64,000 nucleotides of DNA from Andalucia godoyi And28. Lineage: Eukaryota; Protista; Jakobida. The stretch spans positions 205,319 through 269,318 of the forward strand of contig VRVR01000023.1 in assembly GCA_009859145.1 (NCBI GenBank), given 5' to 3'. Of this stretch, positions 62,499-64,000 are shown in pieces. The position numbers and the translations under genes were made by a program. The notes beneath the pieces were generated by a model. That model saw only the letters and a list, made by a program, of their open reading frames with translations, was not told the DNA's origin and did no database searches. Numbering within the stretch: position 1 is the first letter of the stretch; each line of letters starts with the position of its first letter.

Positions 62499-64000
62499 CT
62501 AGTGATGATGCGCAGAGGCTTCCACGTCTGTCGGTGGGTTTTTCAAAACCTCGTCCGCACAGTTGCAAATTTCCTTCCAGGCAGCCACGACATGTCGTTC
62601 TTTCGTGCATGGAACACCAACAGCAAACCTCAAGAACGTAGTCCCATGCACTACAGAATGCACAAGAAAGCATGTCCCCAGAGAGTTGAGTCGGTCCAGC
62701 ACTGCGCGATTCGCGGCGTTCGTCGAATTCAGTCTGAAGCACACCAGGGACAGTACAGTGGGTTTGAAGAGGGAAAATCGTCGGGATGGGTCAGATGTCA
62801 CGAGAGTGGAGAACACTTCAGCAAGTTCGCATGTCTATAGGAAAAGATGAGAAATCAGAAAAGGAAAACCAAACATCCTGCAGCATATAAAAACAGGGGG
62901 GAAAGAAGGCAATAATAAAATTGAATTAAAATAATAAAATAGAGAAGAGAAATCTGGAGAAGCAATTGTTGCAGTAGAGGGGGGAAAAACCGGTGGACAT
63001 ACTTTCCGAATGTGCGAGCGAATGCCTTGCAGTCCATAGCACCGCAGCACAAGCCACAGCTTGATTGCGCGGAACCTTCGTCCAAGAGGGATTTGCCAAT
63101 CGCGATAGTCCGTTACGGTGCCAGACTCGGTCCACTTGTTGCGCAAGTACTCTGGAGTGATGGACAACACATCCAACAGGGCGGATCTGTCCTTGACCCA
63201 CATACACGAACAGTCAAAATTCACGAGCATCCACTTGTGTGCATTGAAGTTGAACGAATCTGCATATTCGACTCCATTTAGCAATTTCCTGTACTCGGGG
63301 CAGATGCACGCAGAGCCAGCATACGCAGCATCCACGTGCAGCCACATTCCATTGCTATTGCAAAACCCTCCAATCTCGGTGAGGGGATCAAACGCACAAA
63401 CCGATGTTGTACCAACGGTGGCGCAAACAAAGAAAGGAACAAGACCATTTGCAGTGTCTTGCATGACCATATCAAACAACGCAACAGGAGAAAACGAGAA
63501 GGTTTTCGAGTCCGAGGGCAGCAATCGCAGGTTAGCACCGTCAATCCCCAGAATCTTGAATGCCTTTGTGATGGAAGAGTGCGCTTGGTCCGAGGCATAT
63601 ACCACAAACTTGGACGTCCAATCTTTTGCAAGCGCGCCAGATTCGCCGGTGCTCGCTAGAGTCGCGAGCTTGCGGTGTCGTGCCGCGAGCATGGCAACCA
63701 GCACGCTTTCCGAGGCTGTACCTTGGATGACCCCGCCTCCCTTTCCTGTCGACAAAAACTCTGCGGGCAGATCGAGCGCCCTTGCCAGCCAGTCCATCAC
63801 CACGGTTTCAAGCTCCGTACACGCCGGCGAGTTGATCCATGAGAACCCAATGCAGTTGATCGCTGCGGACAGCATTTCTCCCACAATTCCAGGAAACGAC
63901 GAATTCGCTGGGAAATACGCGAAGAAGTTGGGAGACTGCCAGTGAGTCACACCAGGCATGACGAAGTGCTCAAAGTCTGCAAAAACGTCACGAAAGTCCT
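62499..64000 (-). CDS. DDC: Aromatic-L-amino-acid decarboxylase (PLP group II), 5'-truncated; intron 63002-62835
   Basis: MPGVTHWQSPNFFAYFP, SPACTELE, GGGVIQGTASES, WLHVDAAYAG, the PLP-lysine motif DSFNFNAHKW, PEYLRN (catalytic-loop Tyr) and DWQIPLGRRFR. A GTATGT...CTATAG intron joins IRK to TCELAEVFS in frame. The frame is open to the window edge. Confidence 0.96.

Noticed and set aside
20082-64000. Strictosidine-synthase-like gene plus aromatic amino acid decarboxylase as an alkaloid (TDC+STR) cluster
   Set aside because: The genes are about 41 kb apart with only housekeeping genes between them. The propeller keeps the metal-ligand pattern (GPES/N/NG/PDN) of APMAP-type hydrolases rather than looking like a true Pictet-Spenglerase.

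Overview
Gene-dense, very intron-poor eukaryotic nuclear DNA. It holds about 28 protein-coding genes, short AT-rich spacers and many microsatellites. The gene set (SECISBP2, TRAP1, a WDR41-like gene, an APMAP-like gene) points to a non-fungal heterotrophic protist; a jakobid/discoban-type genome would fit, but that is inference only. Most genes are housekeeping: MPI, RPAP1, YIP1, TRAP1, AlaRS, transportin, SDHAF1, NOPCHAP1-like, TTI1, ERCC1, an RRP8-like methyltransferase and an aromatic amino acid decarboxylase cut by the right edge. Stand-out items are as follows. (1) A frameshifted, internally deleted Fanzor1-type (TnpB-derived, RNA-guided nuclease) fossil at about 39454-40545. It can be rebuilt across several frame changes and is followed by a hairpin-rich segment where an omegaRNA is expected. 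(2) A full-length T4-Rnl2/REL-type RNA ligase lying tail-to-tail with a double-methyltransferase-like gene. (3) A tandem array of four Zn2Cys6 transcription factors, three with a shared PAS-like C-terminal domain, separated by unusually long spacers. (4) A mitochondrial-looking PCD-fold protein without the catalytic His pair. (5) A prokaryote-like ST7-type TPR module fused to a co-chaperone TPR. All family assignments come from motif recognition by eye; no database searches were run.
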